Assembly: GCA_038883795.1 (NCBI GenBank)
Contig: JAVZLK010000003.1
Location: 64,001 to 128,000 of the forward strand
DNA: 64,000 nt
Direction: 5' to 3'
Origin: Candidatus Bathyarchaeia archaeon
Lineage (GTDB): Archaea > Thermoproteota > Bathyarchaeia > Bathyarchaeales > Bathycorpusculaceae
Numbering within the stretch: the first letter of the stretch is position 1; each line of letters opens with the position of its first letter. The notes beneath the pieces were generated by a model, which was not told where the DNA came from, ran no database searches, and worked only from the letters and a program-made list of their open reading frames with translations. A program made the translations under genes and the position numbers. Below, in pieces: positions 8,774 through 18,291 of this stretch.

Positions 8774-10878
8774 CCTCCGCATGTGTTATAGAAATTTTCA
8801 ATTCTGCCGAGGATTTTCTCTATCCTCCAGTGGGTTTTCATTTCATGTTTCCATTCCCTTGGAAGTTTATGCTTGAATTTTCCAGCGGCACGTCCATCCA
8901 TGATAATGATTACGCCCTTGTCCTCTGGACTGCGCAAGAGTCTACCAGCAGACTGCGCCAGCGCATTCAAGCATGGAATATCATTTGCATATTCCATTGC
9001 TTTCGCTCCAAACTTTTCCTTGAAATATTCATAAACCGCAGCTTGAAGCTCGGTCTTTTTTGGATACGGCAAGCCAACAACAACCACAGCTGACAGCATG
9101 CTCCTTCCTCCAGCGGACATGTCAACCCCCTCGCTTATTTTGCCTCTAGCAACTCCAAAAACCACACAATGTTTATGGTCTTTCAAGAATTGAAGCACGT
9201 CCAAGATTCCAGTGCCCCTTTGCTCCATGATAAAGGGCAAATCAAACTTTACAATGTTTGCTATTTCCTGCATAACCTCGTAGGAGGGGAAGTAAACGGC
9301 TATTCTCCCATCAATTTTGTTGATTATTTGTTTAAGGTGTTCGGCAATTCTTCTCCATTGGATTTGGTTGCGTTTTTCAAATTTTGTTGTCACTGCCTTA
9401 TCCACTATGATAAGTCTATTTTCTGGTGGGAAGGGGCTTGGAAGTTCCATGGTTTCGCAGCGTTTCCTTTCAATTCCCAAGACGTCCATGTAATAGTTCA
9501 TGTGCCAAAGGGTTCCAGACATGAGGATGGCGGAACGAAGCTTATTAATTATGCTCGCGGCTAAAGCTGGGTCCAAGCAACGAATTCCAATTCTAACGCT
9601 TTTCCTTCCATCCCTATCGATTCCAACGTTCACGTATCGAACATAACTTGAACCAGTTAGGCTAATCCAATCTGAAAGAAAGCTTGCGCATCTTGACAGG
9701 TATGAGATTGGACTTTTGCCAACTTCTGCTCTCTTATGCCTAACAATTTCGCCTTTGTCTGAGAAGTCGGAAATCAGCTCTATTAACTTATCAGCGTCAA
9801 ACTTTAGCTCTTTTAATATTGCATCAACTATAACGTTTTTTCCAATAATATGCTCAGAATCTGCGCCATATTTTTTGTAAACTTTCTTCCCAATTTTAAC
9901 CATCACATTGTATAAAGCATCCAAAAAACCATAATCATCCAAACCAAAAGTTTCAATTTCCTTCAAAGCCCTTCTTACGGAAGTTGCTGAGAGTTCATCT
10001 GAAAATATGCCAGCGGCATAGTAGGGTAGGCTGTGGGCTTCGTCGAAAACGCAGTTAACATCTTTTATGCGCCATCCAGCCTTTCCTAAAATCGACCCTC
10101 GAACAGAATCCACGAGAAGGTAATTGTAATTGCCTATTATGATGTCAGCGTACTTCGCAAGAATTTTTGTAGCCTCATAGGGACAAACTTCTTTATCTCG
10201 GCAAATCGCATAAACCTCCTCTGGCAATAGGGGACCAATTTCTCTAATCTTGTTAATAACAGCGTAAGCATGCCAGCTTGGCTTCCATCCGCTGTAAGTT
10301 CGCTCATAATATTTGCATGTTTTTCCAAAAGTTCCTTCCTTCAAGCCCTTGCAATAATAAAGGAAGTCTCTGTAGCTAATATCCTTCAGTTTTGTGTCTT
10401 CAAAAGCGTAGGGACACATTTCTTTCTTACTCTTAAAAACAGAAGCAACAAAACTAACGTTGCAGTGTTCTTTTATGCTTTGGAGCTCTCTACAATAGAT
10501 TTCAAGCTGATTTTTGGTTCTGGTTAAGGCAAGAAGTCTACCCACAGAATTGTTCCATTCCTTAGCCATGAAGAAAGCTGTTAATACGGAAATGGACTTT
10601 CCAGTGCCACAAGGCGAAGAAAGCAAACCTACCTTTCCATTTCTGATAATGTCAAAGTTAAATTTTATAGCGTCAAGCTGGAAGGGACGAAAGTTTGGGT
10701 AGGGAAAGAATTCTTTAACCAACTTCTTAAAATCAGCTTTTCTCTCCACTTTTGCCTCTGACATTTGAGTAAGCAAAGTTCCACACTTTTCACAAAAATG
10801 GCTTTTCACATAATCTTTCATGGAGTAAGTTTCGCCGCATCGACGGCAAACAAACACCCCTTGAGATTTTTCAGTCAT
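8770..10878 (-). CDS. xpd: XPD/Rad3/DinG-family Fe-S DNA helicase with N-terminal Zn ribbon
   Basis: Q motif FRPFQ, SPCGTGKS, DEAH, SGT, SEGVD, QSAGRLLR; four Fe-S Cys (EMCP, YYCK, TCKY, VCPY); N-terminal CRRC...CEKC. Confidence 0.88.
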   Translation of the reverse strand: MTEKSQGVFVCRRCGETYSMKDYVKSHFCEKCGTLLTQMSEAKVERKADFKKLVKEFFPYPNFRPFQLDAIKFNFDIIRNGKVGLLSSPCGTGKSISVLTAFFMAKEWNNSVGRLLALTRTKNQLEIYCRELQSIKEHCNVSFVASVFKSKKEMCPYAFEDTKLKDISYRDFLYYCKGLKEGTFGKTCKYYERTYSGWKPSWHAYAVINKIREIGPLLPEEVYAICRDKEVCPYEATKILAKYADIIIGNYNYLLVDSVRGSILGKAGWRIKDVNCVFDEAHSLPYYAAGIFSDELSATSVRRALKEIETFGLDDYGFLDALYNVMVKIGKKVYKKYGADSEHIIGKNVIVDAILKELKFDADKLIELISDFSDKGEIVRHKRAEVGKSPISYLSRCASFLSDWISLTGSSYVRYVNVGIDRDGRKSVRIGIRCLDPALAASIINKLRSAILMSGTLWHMNYYMDVLGIERKRCETMELPSPFPPENRLIIVDKAVTTKFEKRNQIQWRRIAEHLKQIINKIDGRIAVYFPSYEVMQEIANIVKFDLPFIMEQRGTGILDVLQFLKDHKHCVVFGVARGKISEGVDMSAGGRSMLSAVVVVGLPYPKKTELQAAVYEYFKEKFGAKAMEYANDIPCLNALAQSAGRLLRSPEDKGVIIIMDGRAAGKFKHKLPREWKHEMKTHWRIEKILGRIENFYNTCGG

Positions 10879-10880
10879 AA

Positions 10881-11609
10881 CTATCCTTTAGCCTCTTTTA
10901 AGATGCTTAGCATTTTTTGCGAATTTGCTAGCATGGCATGATTGTTGTTGAAGAAGACATAAGCTCTTTTAGGCTTAACCGTCCAGATTTTTTCCGCCAC
11001 TTTCCTTAACTCTTCGTCAGTGTAGAAGTGGGCATACCACTCTGTTCTTCCATGCATTCGCTCATAGACCAAACCATTTGTGTTAAAGACTTCTGTGGGA
11101 AAATCTGGGGAATCAACGCTTACCCAAGTTATTCCAAGACGTGAAGACCAATCCACCCATTCTTTATCAAACCATTTTAGATTTCGAACTTCAAGGGCAA
11201 ACCTTTCCTTGAGTTTAGTTTTCTCGAAGAAGTTTTCTATTAATGGAGCAGATTTTGGAGTCATGGATGGCGGAAGCTGAAACAAGAAGAAGTCTATGCT
11301 CTGTTCCATTGGCGCGAAAAGGCTTCTAAACCTATTCCACAACTGAAAAGCCCTATCGTTAAACTTGAAAGTGTGGGTTATCAAACGGTTAACCTTAACG
11401 GACCATCTAAGCCCTTTACCCTTTAAAGCCCAAGACCTAACCATATTCGGAAAAGGAAAACGATAAAAACTTGCATTCAACTCCACAGCATTCAAGCCAG
11501 AGTTCCTCACGTACCAATCGAAATTTCCGTCCTCATTCCAAGAATACGCCCACCCCGAAGTTCCAACGTAAAATTCCAAACCCTTTTCACTAAAGGAATA
11601 CTTTCGCAT
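10881..11609 (-). CDS. DUF72 (YecE-like) TIM-barrel protein
   Basis: VGTSGW, VELNASFYR, LFQLPPS, ALEVR, RMHGR, FNN. Confidence 0.92.
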   Translation of the reverse strand: MRKYSFSEKGLEFYVGTSGWAYSWNEDGNFDWYVRNSGLNAVELNASFYRFPFPNMVRSWALKGKGLRWSVKVNRLITHTFKFNDRAFQLWNRFRSLFAPMEQSIDFFLFQLPPSMTPKSAPLIENFFEKTKLKERFALEVRNLKWFDKEWVDWSSRLGITWVSVDSPDFPTEVFNTNGLVYERMHGRTEWYAHFYTDEELRKVAEKIWTVKPKRAYVFFNNNHAMLANSQKMLSILKEAKG

Positions 11610-11684
11610 AGTAATAAAAGAATTTATTCCTTCTCATCTTTAGATTTAAGTGCAGCCTATCCTTTTTCATTTTAGGGCGAAAAT

Positions 11685-12338
11685 ATGTCTAGAAGTTTTA
11701 AACCCACAGTTTTTGCAGACGCTCGTGAAAGCTTAGACGTTAAAGACCATTTAATAGAGCTTGGCTCTGAAGTTGTGGAAAAGGTTTTGGCGCCTGCAGA
11801 TTACGTGGTTTCAGAGGATTATGCGGTTGAGAGGAAGCAGCTTCACGATTTTTTCCGCTCGATATTTGATGGAAGACTTTTTGAGCAAGCTGAGAGGTTG
11901 GCTGAGGCTTATGAAAATTCTTGTTTGCTTGTAGAGGGCGATGTAATAAAAGCTGTGAAAGCTCTCCGCAATCCTTTGGTCTTTTGGGGCGCTATAGCAA
12001 AAATCATGGCAGATCACCACATTTCCTTAGTATTCACACCAGATGAGCAGCACACAGCCATGTTCCTCCATAGCCTCGCCAAGAAACTCCAAGAAGAAAA
12101 GCGTAGAAAAATATTGGTTAAGCACAAGCCTAAAGCTTACACTCTGAAGCAGATGCAAATTTCAGCCGTTCAAAGCCTACCCCTAATAGGTCCAGAAAGA
12201 GCTGAACTTTTGCTCAAAAAATTTGGAAGCGTAAGACGAGTTTTCCAGGCATCGAAGTGGGAGCTGCTTTCTGTAAAGGGATTGGGCGAAAAAACTGTTA
12301 GGAAAATTTTGGATTTTCTTGATGCCAAATATCAATAA
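11685..12338 (+). CDS. xpf: XPF/ERCC4 structure-specific endonuclease (short form)
   Basis: DARE, ADY, ERKxxxDF, DGRLFEQ, LVEG; tandem HhH (LPLIGP, VKGLGEK). Confidence 0.9.
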   Translation: MSRSFKPTVFADARESLDVKDHLIELGSEVVEKVLAPADYVVSEDYAVERKQLHDFFRSIFDGRLFEQAERLAEAYENSCLLVEGDVIKAVKALRNPLVFWGAIAKIMADHHISLVFTPDEQHTAMFLHSLAKKLQEEKRRKILVKHKPKAYTLKQMQISAVQSLPLIGPERAELLLKKFGSVRRVFQASKWELLSVKGLGEKTVRKILDFLDAKYQ

Positions 12339-12355
12339 AAAGAAGGAAAACATGT

Positions 12356-12778
12356 TTAGCCTTTAACTTCGCTGATAAACTGCTCGTAAACCTTCTGCAC
12401 CCGCTCAGCAGCCGGACCAGAACCTTCTACAACGCCTTTCTCTGTCACTTTAACCTTGTCCATGACCCAAATGAAACCCTTATCCTCATAAAGCTTAACC
12501 ATTGTTGGAAAAACCTTTTCAAGACGGTCTGCCAAAGCCTTAAGGTCAAAGGGTTTCTCCACGCTCAATATTTGCGCTACAACATTGCCATTGAGGAAAA
12601 CTCTGTGCAAAATTTTTCCCTCTTCATCCTTTGCTTCGGCGAGGCATAGGCTTAAAGTGTCAGGGTTAATGCCGACTAAAGTTCCGCTAAAAGTTTTCCC
12701 AGTGGTTGTTGAAACAATCACGCTTTTATCCACTAACGTTGCCACTTCGGTGAAAAACTTCCTCTGCGCCACTGACAA
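12356..12778 (-). CDS. Sm-like archaeal protein with C-terminal domain (SmAP3/Lsm)
   Basis: Sm1/Sm2 fold (GKTFSGTLVG...VFLNGNVV) plus about 65 aa C-terminal domain; TTG start with GGAGG SD. Confidence 0.85.
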   Translation of the reverse strand: MSVAQRKFFTEVATLVDKSVIVSTTTGKTFSGTLVGINPDTLSLCLAEAKDEEGKILHRVFLNGNVVAQILSVEKPFDLKALADRLEKVFPTMVKLYEDKGFIWVMDKVKVTEKGVVEGSGPAAERVQKVYEQFISEVKG

Positions 12779-12823
12779 TTATTTAACCTCCTTTCTACGG
12801 TTAAGAGTTAGGAAAACATGTAT

Positions 12824-14128
12824 TTAGGATTTTAACAAGCCAGACCGAACAGTTATCTTATTTTCTCTTTTCACGTAGCATTTCTTATCCAAAAAAATCA
12901 CTTTATTAGGTTCGAGGTCTTCTTGCAAGCAGACACCAGCCCCAACAATGCTGTTCGGTCCGATTTTCACGCCTGGCAAAAGTGAAGCATTAATGCCCAC
13001 TTTGCAGAAATCACCCACTATGGCGCCAAGTTTGTTAGTGCCAGAATCCACTTTTTCGCCTTCCACCATAACCTTAACGTTTTTCTCGTCGAATCGGAAG
13101 TTTGCGGTTACCGCTCCGGCGCCGAAGAGGCAGTTGTCTGAAATTATGGAGTCACCTATGTAATTCTTGTGGAACCAACAATTGTCGCCTATCAAAGAAT
13201 GCTTAATCTCGCTCGAAAAACCCACAACGCAGTTATCACCAACAGAAGAGTAATCTCGAACCAAAGCATTATCGCCAATAAGGCTGTTTGAACCAATATA
13301 GCAAGGTCCTTTTATAGAGGCTCCGCCAAGAATTTTAGTTCCACGCCTAATCCAAACCTTCCCCTCAACATTCGCCCCTTCAGAAATTTCCACATCATCT
13401 TCGATTATTTTTTCCTTTATTTGCTCATCCATTAAATGCGCATTTATGGTGAAGAGGTCCCAAGGATACTTGTAGCTGGCAAAGAATCCTTCATAGCGGG
13501 CGGCTATAACCATATTTTTGTCTTCGATGAACTTTTGAATGGCATCCTCATATTGGTGGTCTGAAACTGGAATTTTCTTGAAATAGCTGAAAATTCTTTT
13601 AGTCATTAGGTAAACGCCAATAACTGCTAAATTGCTTGGTTCAGTTCCCTTGGGCGGCTTTTCAACTAATTTTGTTACTTTGTTGTTTTTGATCTGGATT
13701 ATGCCAAACTTCCACGTTTCCTTGACGGGTTTACATGAAAGAACTATCTCTGCATTGCCCTTTCTAAATTTTTTAAGCATTTCTTTTATCAGAGAACTCT
13801 CAAAAACATCATCGGCATTGACAACAAAAAAGTTGTCTTCAACCAAATTTTTCGCAGATTCGAGGGCATTCGCCATTCCAAGGGGCTTTTTCTGAGGCGC
13901 ATATTCAATTTTAACCCCAAATTTTTTACCATCACCCAAGTAATCTTTAATCAACTTTCCATTTTCGCCTATCACGACTATGAAGTCTTCTAAGCCAGCC
14001 TCTTTCAAAATTTCAATTACATGCTGGATTAGGGGTTTTCCCAAGATTTTAAACATGGGCTTTGGCTTAACAGCAGCTAATGGGAAAACCCTTCTTCCGC
14101 TTCCACCGGCAAGAATAACTGTTTGCAT
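12824..14128 (-). CDS. Bifunctional sugar-1-phosphate nucleotidylyltransferase/acetyltransferase (GlmU-like)
   Basis: ILAGGSGRR, PKPM, VEKP; C-terminal hexapeptide left-handed beta-helix. Confidence 0.9.
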   Translation of the reverse strand: MQTVILAGGSGRRVFPLAAVKPKPMFKILGKPLIQHVIEILKEAGLEDFIVVIGENGKLIKDYLGDGKKFGVKIEYAPQKKPLGMANALESAKNLVEDNFFVVNADDVFESSLIKEMLKKFRKGNAEIVLSCKPVKETWKFGIIQIKNNKVTKLVEKPPKGTEPSNLAVIGVYLMTKRIFSYFKKIPVSDHQYEDAIQKFIEDKNMVIAARYEGFFASYKYPWDLFTINAHLMDEQIKEKIIEDDVEISEGANVEGKVWIRRGTKILGGASIKGPCYIGSNSLIGDNALVRDYSSVGDNCVVGFSSEIKHSLIGDNCWFHKNYIGDSIISDNCLFGAGAVTANFRFDEKNVKVMVEGEKVDSGTNKLGAIVGDFCKVGINASLLPGVKIGPNSIVGAGVCLQEDLEPNKVIFLDKKCYVKRENKITVRSGLLKS

Positions 14129-15501
14129 TAAAACTCCTCCATAACCTTTTTTAATTCCTTCACAGCAAACTGGTAAAGCCCTTCAAGTTTTTCTTCAGTT
14201 TTTGCTTCAGCGGAAACTCTTATGAGGGGTTCAGTGTTTGAGGGTCTTAAAAGAACCCAACCATCCTTGTCCAACAATTTTATTCCATCCACATCTAAAA
14301 ATTTCAAACCATAATCCCTAAACTTGGCTCCCAATTTTTCGATAACTGCAAATTTTAGTTGGTCGGGACATTCAAAATTCTTCTCGTGAATGGATGGATA
14401 TTTGGGCAAAGAATCCACAATTTCAGAAAGCCTTTCACTCCTTTTAGACAATATTTCAGCCATTTTCAAACTGGCAAAAATTGCATCATCCATTCCATTG
14501 CATTCCAAAAAATAGAAGTGGCTGCTGGTTTCACCGCCCACCAAAGCCTTTTCGCTAATCATTTTATCCATAATAAAAACATGTCCAATTCTTTCAACAA
14601 TGGGAATCCCACCATGCTTTCTTACAAATTCTTCAACAGCCATGGAACAACTTAATTCATAAACTATTTTTCCACCGCTCTCCCTTTTCAGTGCATCCTC
14701 AGCAAAAACCATTAGGGCTAAATCGCCTGGAATTATTCTCCCTTTATCGTCAACGAAAACTGCTCGGTCCCCATCCCCATCATATCCTACGCCAAAATCT
14801 GCCTTAGCCTTAACCACTTTTTGCTTTAATTCACCTAAGGTTTCTTCTTTAGGCTCTGGTAAGTGCGCTGGAAACCTTCCATTAGGCTTCTCGTTTAACG
14901 TTATAATGCTGCAGCCTAACCGCCTAAAGAGGGATGGAACAAGCATGCCACAAACACCGTTGGCAGTATCGGCAACCACGCTTACATTCCTATCAATTCT
15001 AATTTTGTCTAAGACAAAGTCCGTATAATCCTCAAAAACTCTTTCATACTTCATCACTTTTCTTTTTCTTCCCCCAAATTTTTTGAAATCAATGATCTTG
15101 ACAAGTTCTTTTATTTTAGCCATTTCACCGCCGTACACGCACCCGTTCCGCTTAAACAGTTTAAAGCCATTCCATCCTGGAGGATTATGAGAAGCAGTAA
15201 TCATAACCCCAGCATCTTTTTCCAGGTGATTAATTGCGAAATAAACCAAAGGCGTCGGAACAACGCCTACATCAACAACATTACAATTGAAAGACAATCC
15301 AGACACAAGAGCATTTCTAAGAGTTTCACCACTCAATCTAATATCTCTACCAACAACAACCTCCTTACTTTTCCCCCAAAAAACACCCATCGCAGCCCCA
15401 AGAACTGTGGCGATATCCTCTGTTAACTGTTTTCCAAAGATTCCTCTAATATCGTATGCCCTAAAAATGCTTTCAAAATCTGGTCGCTCACTAGCAGCCA
15501 A
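14128..15501 (-). CDS. Phosphohexomutase (PMM/PGM family)
   Basis: FRAYDIRG, TASHNP, DGDGDR, GETSSH, RPSNTEP. Confidence 0.93.
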   Translation of the reverse strand: MAASERPDFESIFRAYDIRGIFGKQLTEDIATVLGAAMGVFWGKSKEVVVGRDIRLSGETLRNALVSGLSFNCNVVDVGVVPTPLVYFAINHLEKDAGVMITASHNPPGWNGFKLFKRNGCVYGGEMAKIKELVKIIDFKKFGGRKRKVMKYERVFEDYTDFVLDKIRIDRNVSVVADTANGVCGMLVPSLFRRLGCSIITLNEKPNGRFPAHLPEPKEETLGELKQKVVKAKADFGVGYDGDGDRAVFVDDKGRIIPGDLALMVFAEDALKRESGGKIVYELSCSMAVEEFVRKHGGIPIVERIGHVFIMDKMISEKALVGGETSSHFYFLECNGMDDAIFASLKMAEILSKRSERLSEIVDSLPKYPSIHEKNFECPDQLKFAVIEKLGAKFRDYGLKFLDVDGIKLLDKDGWVLLRPSNTEPLIRVSAEAKTEEKLEGLYQFAVKELKKVMEEF

Positions 15502-15592
15502 AGTGATATCTCCATTAAATTCTTATTTTATCATTAGTAAATGCTTTGTTAAAAGCATTCAGCAACATACTATTAATTACTTTTGCGTTCCT

Positions 15593-16681
15593 TTAGGGCT
15601 TCATTTTTAATTTATCAAAGAATTTTATCAACTGCTTTCGTGTGGGATGCATTTTGTTAGGATTTGATATGTAATATGCTGCAACAGCATTAGCTAACGC
15701 AAGTCTACAACCATCCGAAAGTCCGTGGGCATCGCCTAAAATATTTCCAGCGTTCCAAGCATCACCCGCTCCAGTCACCCTTCTAACTGGAACTTTGAAG
15801 GCGGGAACGATTGTTTCCCCCTTCTTTGTAAACGTCGCCGAAAAATCTGTTGTGTGCAAATCAACCCTCGCAGACAAATGAGCCGCTAAAATTCTTGCAG
15901 ACTCCTTTGCCAATTCTTCAAAGGATAAACGTTTCGCCAAAGCTTTCATTTCATCACTCCTCAGATAAGATGCATAGCAGACAGCTTCATTCTCATTCAC
16001 ACTCAACACGTCGATTCTTTTGCTCTGCAAAACTTCCTTAATTAACTGGGGAATCTTGCGTTTGTTAGGCGTTGGGTCTGCTGAATCGTAATATGTTTTA
16101 CCTTTACCCCTCGTCTTTACATGAGTGAAAACCGTTTTCGCCAATTCCGTTCCAAAACGCCTTGTCCCCGCCCAATTAAAAACGCAAACATAATCCGCAT
16201 CTTCCATAACACTAAAATCATCCCTATTCAAGTAATGCGGTCCAAAACTTGCGAGGGCACCCACATCCCTAAGCATAACATTAACTTTTTCGCCCTTGAT
16301 TTCGAATTCCATGGCGGTTGTTATGGACAATTTTTTAAAGATTTTCACATGCGAAAAATCAACCTTTTCCGATTTAAGATAAAACTTCAACAAATGCAAT
16401 CCAAGCTCATCGGTGCAAACTATTGGAGTCACTTTCACATTCAAAGCCGCAAGCGCAGAGGCAGTATTAACGGCGTTTCCTCCTCTAAAATCCGCTTGTG
16501 CTATTCCGTCTATACAGCCACCCTTCCTCTGAATTACCTTCCAGAGGTTTTCTGAAAAAGTTTTAATGTTCCATTTTAGGCTAATAAAGCGGTCGAGGAA
16601 AAAATCTGGCATAACAACAACATTAAATTCCTCAATTCGCGCCCTTAAGAACTCTTTCAGTTCCTTGAGAATCTCAAGCAA
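15593..16681 (-). CDS. PfkB-family carbohydrate kinase
   Basis: GGNAVNTA, NENE, TGAGDAW. Confidence 0.85.
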   Translation of the reverse strand: MLEILKELKEFLRARIEEFNVVVMPDFFLDRFISLKWNIKTFSENLWKVIQRKGGCIDGIAQADFRGGNAVNTASALAALNVKVTPIVCTDELGLHLLKFYLKSEKVDFSHVKIFKKLSITTAMEFEIKGEKVNVMLRDVGALASFGPHYLNRDDFSVMEDADYVCVFNWAGTRRFGTELAKTVFTHVKTRGKGKTYYDSADPTPNKRKIPQLIKEVLQSKRIDVLSVNENEAVCYASYLRSDEMKALAKRLSFEELAKESARILAAHLSARVDLHTTDFSATFTKKGETIVPAFKVPVRRVTGAGDAWNAGNILGDAHGLSDGCRLALANAVAAYYISNPNKMHPTRKQLIKFFDKLKMKP

Positions 16682-16826
16682 AACTCTTCACCAAACAATA
16701 AATTGTTGTTAAATGTTGATAACGCTTTTTCATAAAAGTATTTAAAGGTTGGACATTTGAGTTAAACGGGGATGGATAAATTGAAACATAAACTCTATCT
16801 TCGCTTTTTATAGATATTTTTTGGTT

Positions 16827-17642
16827 TTATCCAAGCAGGAAACGAACAAAAATCCACACAATGTCGCCGAAAAATAAGGCAATAATTAAGCCTGCAGTTA
16901 TGAAGATGAGCATGGGCAAGCCCGGAGTCGCCCAAACCATATCTTGAATTTTTCCATCTTCTACTGCTTTAGCTAACCTTTCCACAATAGCGTTTCTTTC
17001 TTCATCTTTCGGTATGAGAACAAGCTTTCTTTTAAATCCATCTTCGGAATCTTCCAAGTCTTCTAATGGGTAGAGGTGCCATTTTTCCTTCAATTTGCCA
17101 ATAGAAACCTTATAACCTGTCATCAAAACCAAAAGTTTTCTCCAAAAAGATTCCTTTTCATGCTCTTCAAAGAGTTTTTTGCCAGTTTTTTTGTGCCAGA
17201 AAATGTTGTGAAAGAGCATGTAGATGGCTGTTGCTGCAGCCATTAAAATGGAGTTGCTGAAAACTGTTATTGGAAAAAATTTTTGGGCTATGGGCGAAAT
17301 TTCAGTTGAAAGAGGCGTAAGCAGATCATTTGGGTGGAAGGGTAGTGCGAGGGCTAAGCACATTAGGGCTTTGGCGTCTGCTCCTCCAAAACCTCCAGAA
17401 TAAAAGAGTATGATGGCGAAGGCTGATGTTAAGCCAAAGCAGATTCCATAAGAAAGCAGTTGTGAAGACTCGTAGACGTATAGTTCCATGAAGGTTAATG
17501 CGAAGGCTGGTGGGGCGAAAAGGATCCATAGGCTGTTGCTTACTTCACGGGTTTTGTAGTCGCTCCATGAAGCGTAGAATAGGAAGGATAATGTTATAGT
17601 TGTTCTTGCTAGTGCAGTCCATGTTTGCAATGGAAACATCAT
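16827..17642 (-). CDS. Prepilin/preflagellin peptidase (A24, PibD/FlaK-like)
   Basis: SWSDYKTREV, GGADAK catalytic Asp motifs; C-terminal VWATPGLPMLIFI. Confidence 0.92.
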   Translation of the reverse strand: MMFPLQTWTALARTTITLSFLFYASWSDYKTREVSNSLWILFAPPAFALTFMELYVYESSQLLSYGICFGLTSAFAIILFYSGGFGGADAKALMCLALALPFHPNDLLTPLSTEISPIAQKFFPITVFSNSILMAAATAIYMLFHNIFWHKKTGKKLFEEHEKESFWRKLLVLMTGYKVSIGKLKEKWHLYPLEDLEDSEDGFKRKLVLIPKDEERNAIVERLAKAVEDGKIQDMVWATPGLPMLIFITAGLIIALFFGDIVWIFVRFLLG

Positions 17643-17734
17643 TCAGCCCAAAGGAAACTGTTTCAGATTTTCCTATTTAAATGGTTTAGATAATATTTTG
17701 GTTTTAAAAAGAGCGATTAAAGGAGAAGATTGTT

Positions 17735-18184
17735 CTAGCTTGTTGGTGCTTGTTCTGGGAATGGACCTAAAGGCTGTTGTCCGGCTAAGGGTATAATCTT
17801 GAAGTAATACGTAGTTCCCGCAGTCCAGTTATACTCCACGGTGAGCCTAACGATTTGGCCTGCTGCAAGTGAAACCGGAAGTGAGGGAGTTGTTGTTTGG
17901 TTTTGTAATGTTGTGGATGAAGTTCCAATGTAAACTTGAATTATTTGGGTGTCTGAAGTTCCAGAGTTACCCACGTCGATGTCTATTTTCTTTGTTACGC
18001 CTTCTGTGTAGAATCTTACGTTTGCTTTGTATAGGATTACACCTGCGTGTGTCCCTGCGCTGCTCATGTATGTCATTATCCAAGCGTATGTGACGACTAT
18101 GGCGGCTACGGCTATAACTATTAGTAAGAGTGTGGCGAGAATTGGAGATATAGCCTTTTTAGTTTTTAACAGACTTTTAGCCAT
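17735..18184 (-). CDS. Archaeal type IV pilin (probable major pilin)
   Basis: Class III signal peptide KKA|ISPILATLLLIVIAVAA; 149 aa with Ig-like head (VGNSG). Confidence 0.9.
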   Translation of the reverse strand: MAKSLLKTKKAISPILATLLLIVIAVAAIVVTYAWIMTYMSSAGTHAGVILYKANVRFYTEGVTKKIDIDVGNSGTSDTQIIQVYIGTSSTTLQNQTTTPSLPVSLAAGQIVRLTVEYNWTAGTTYYFKIIPLAGQQPLGPFPEQAPTS

Positions 18185-18291
18185 ACGGTTTTCACCCTTC
18201 TTGTTGTTTAGGAAATCTGAAGATTACTTATTTAACTTGTATGAACTTTGAATATGCATTTTAGATAAGTGTGCGCAATAGCGAACAGGGT

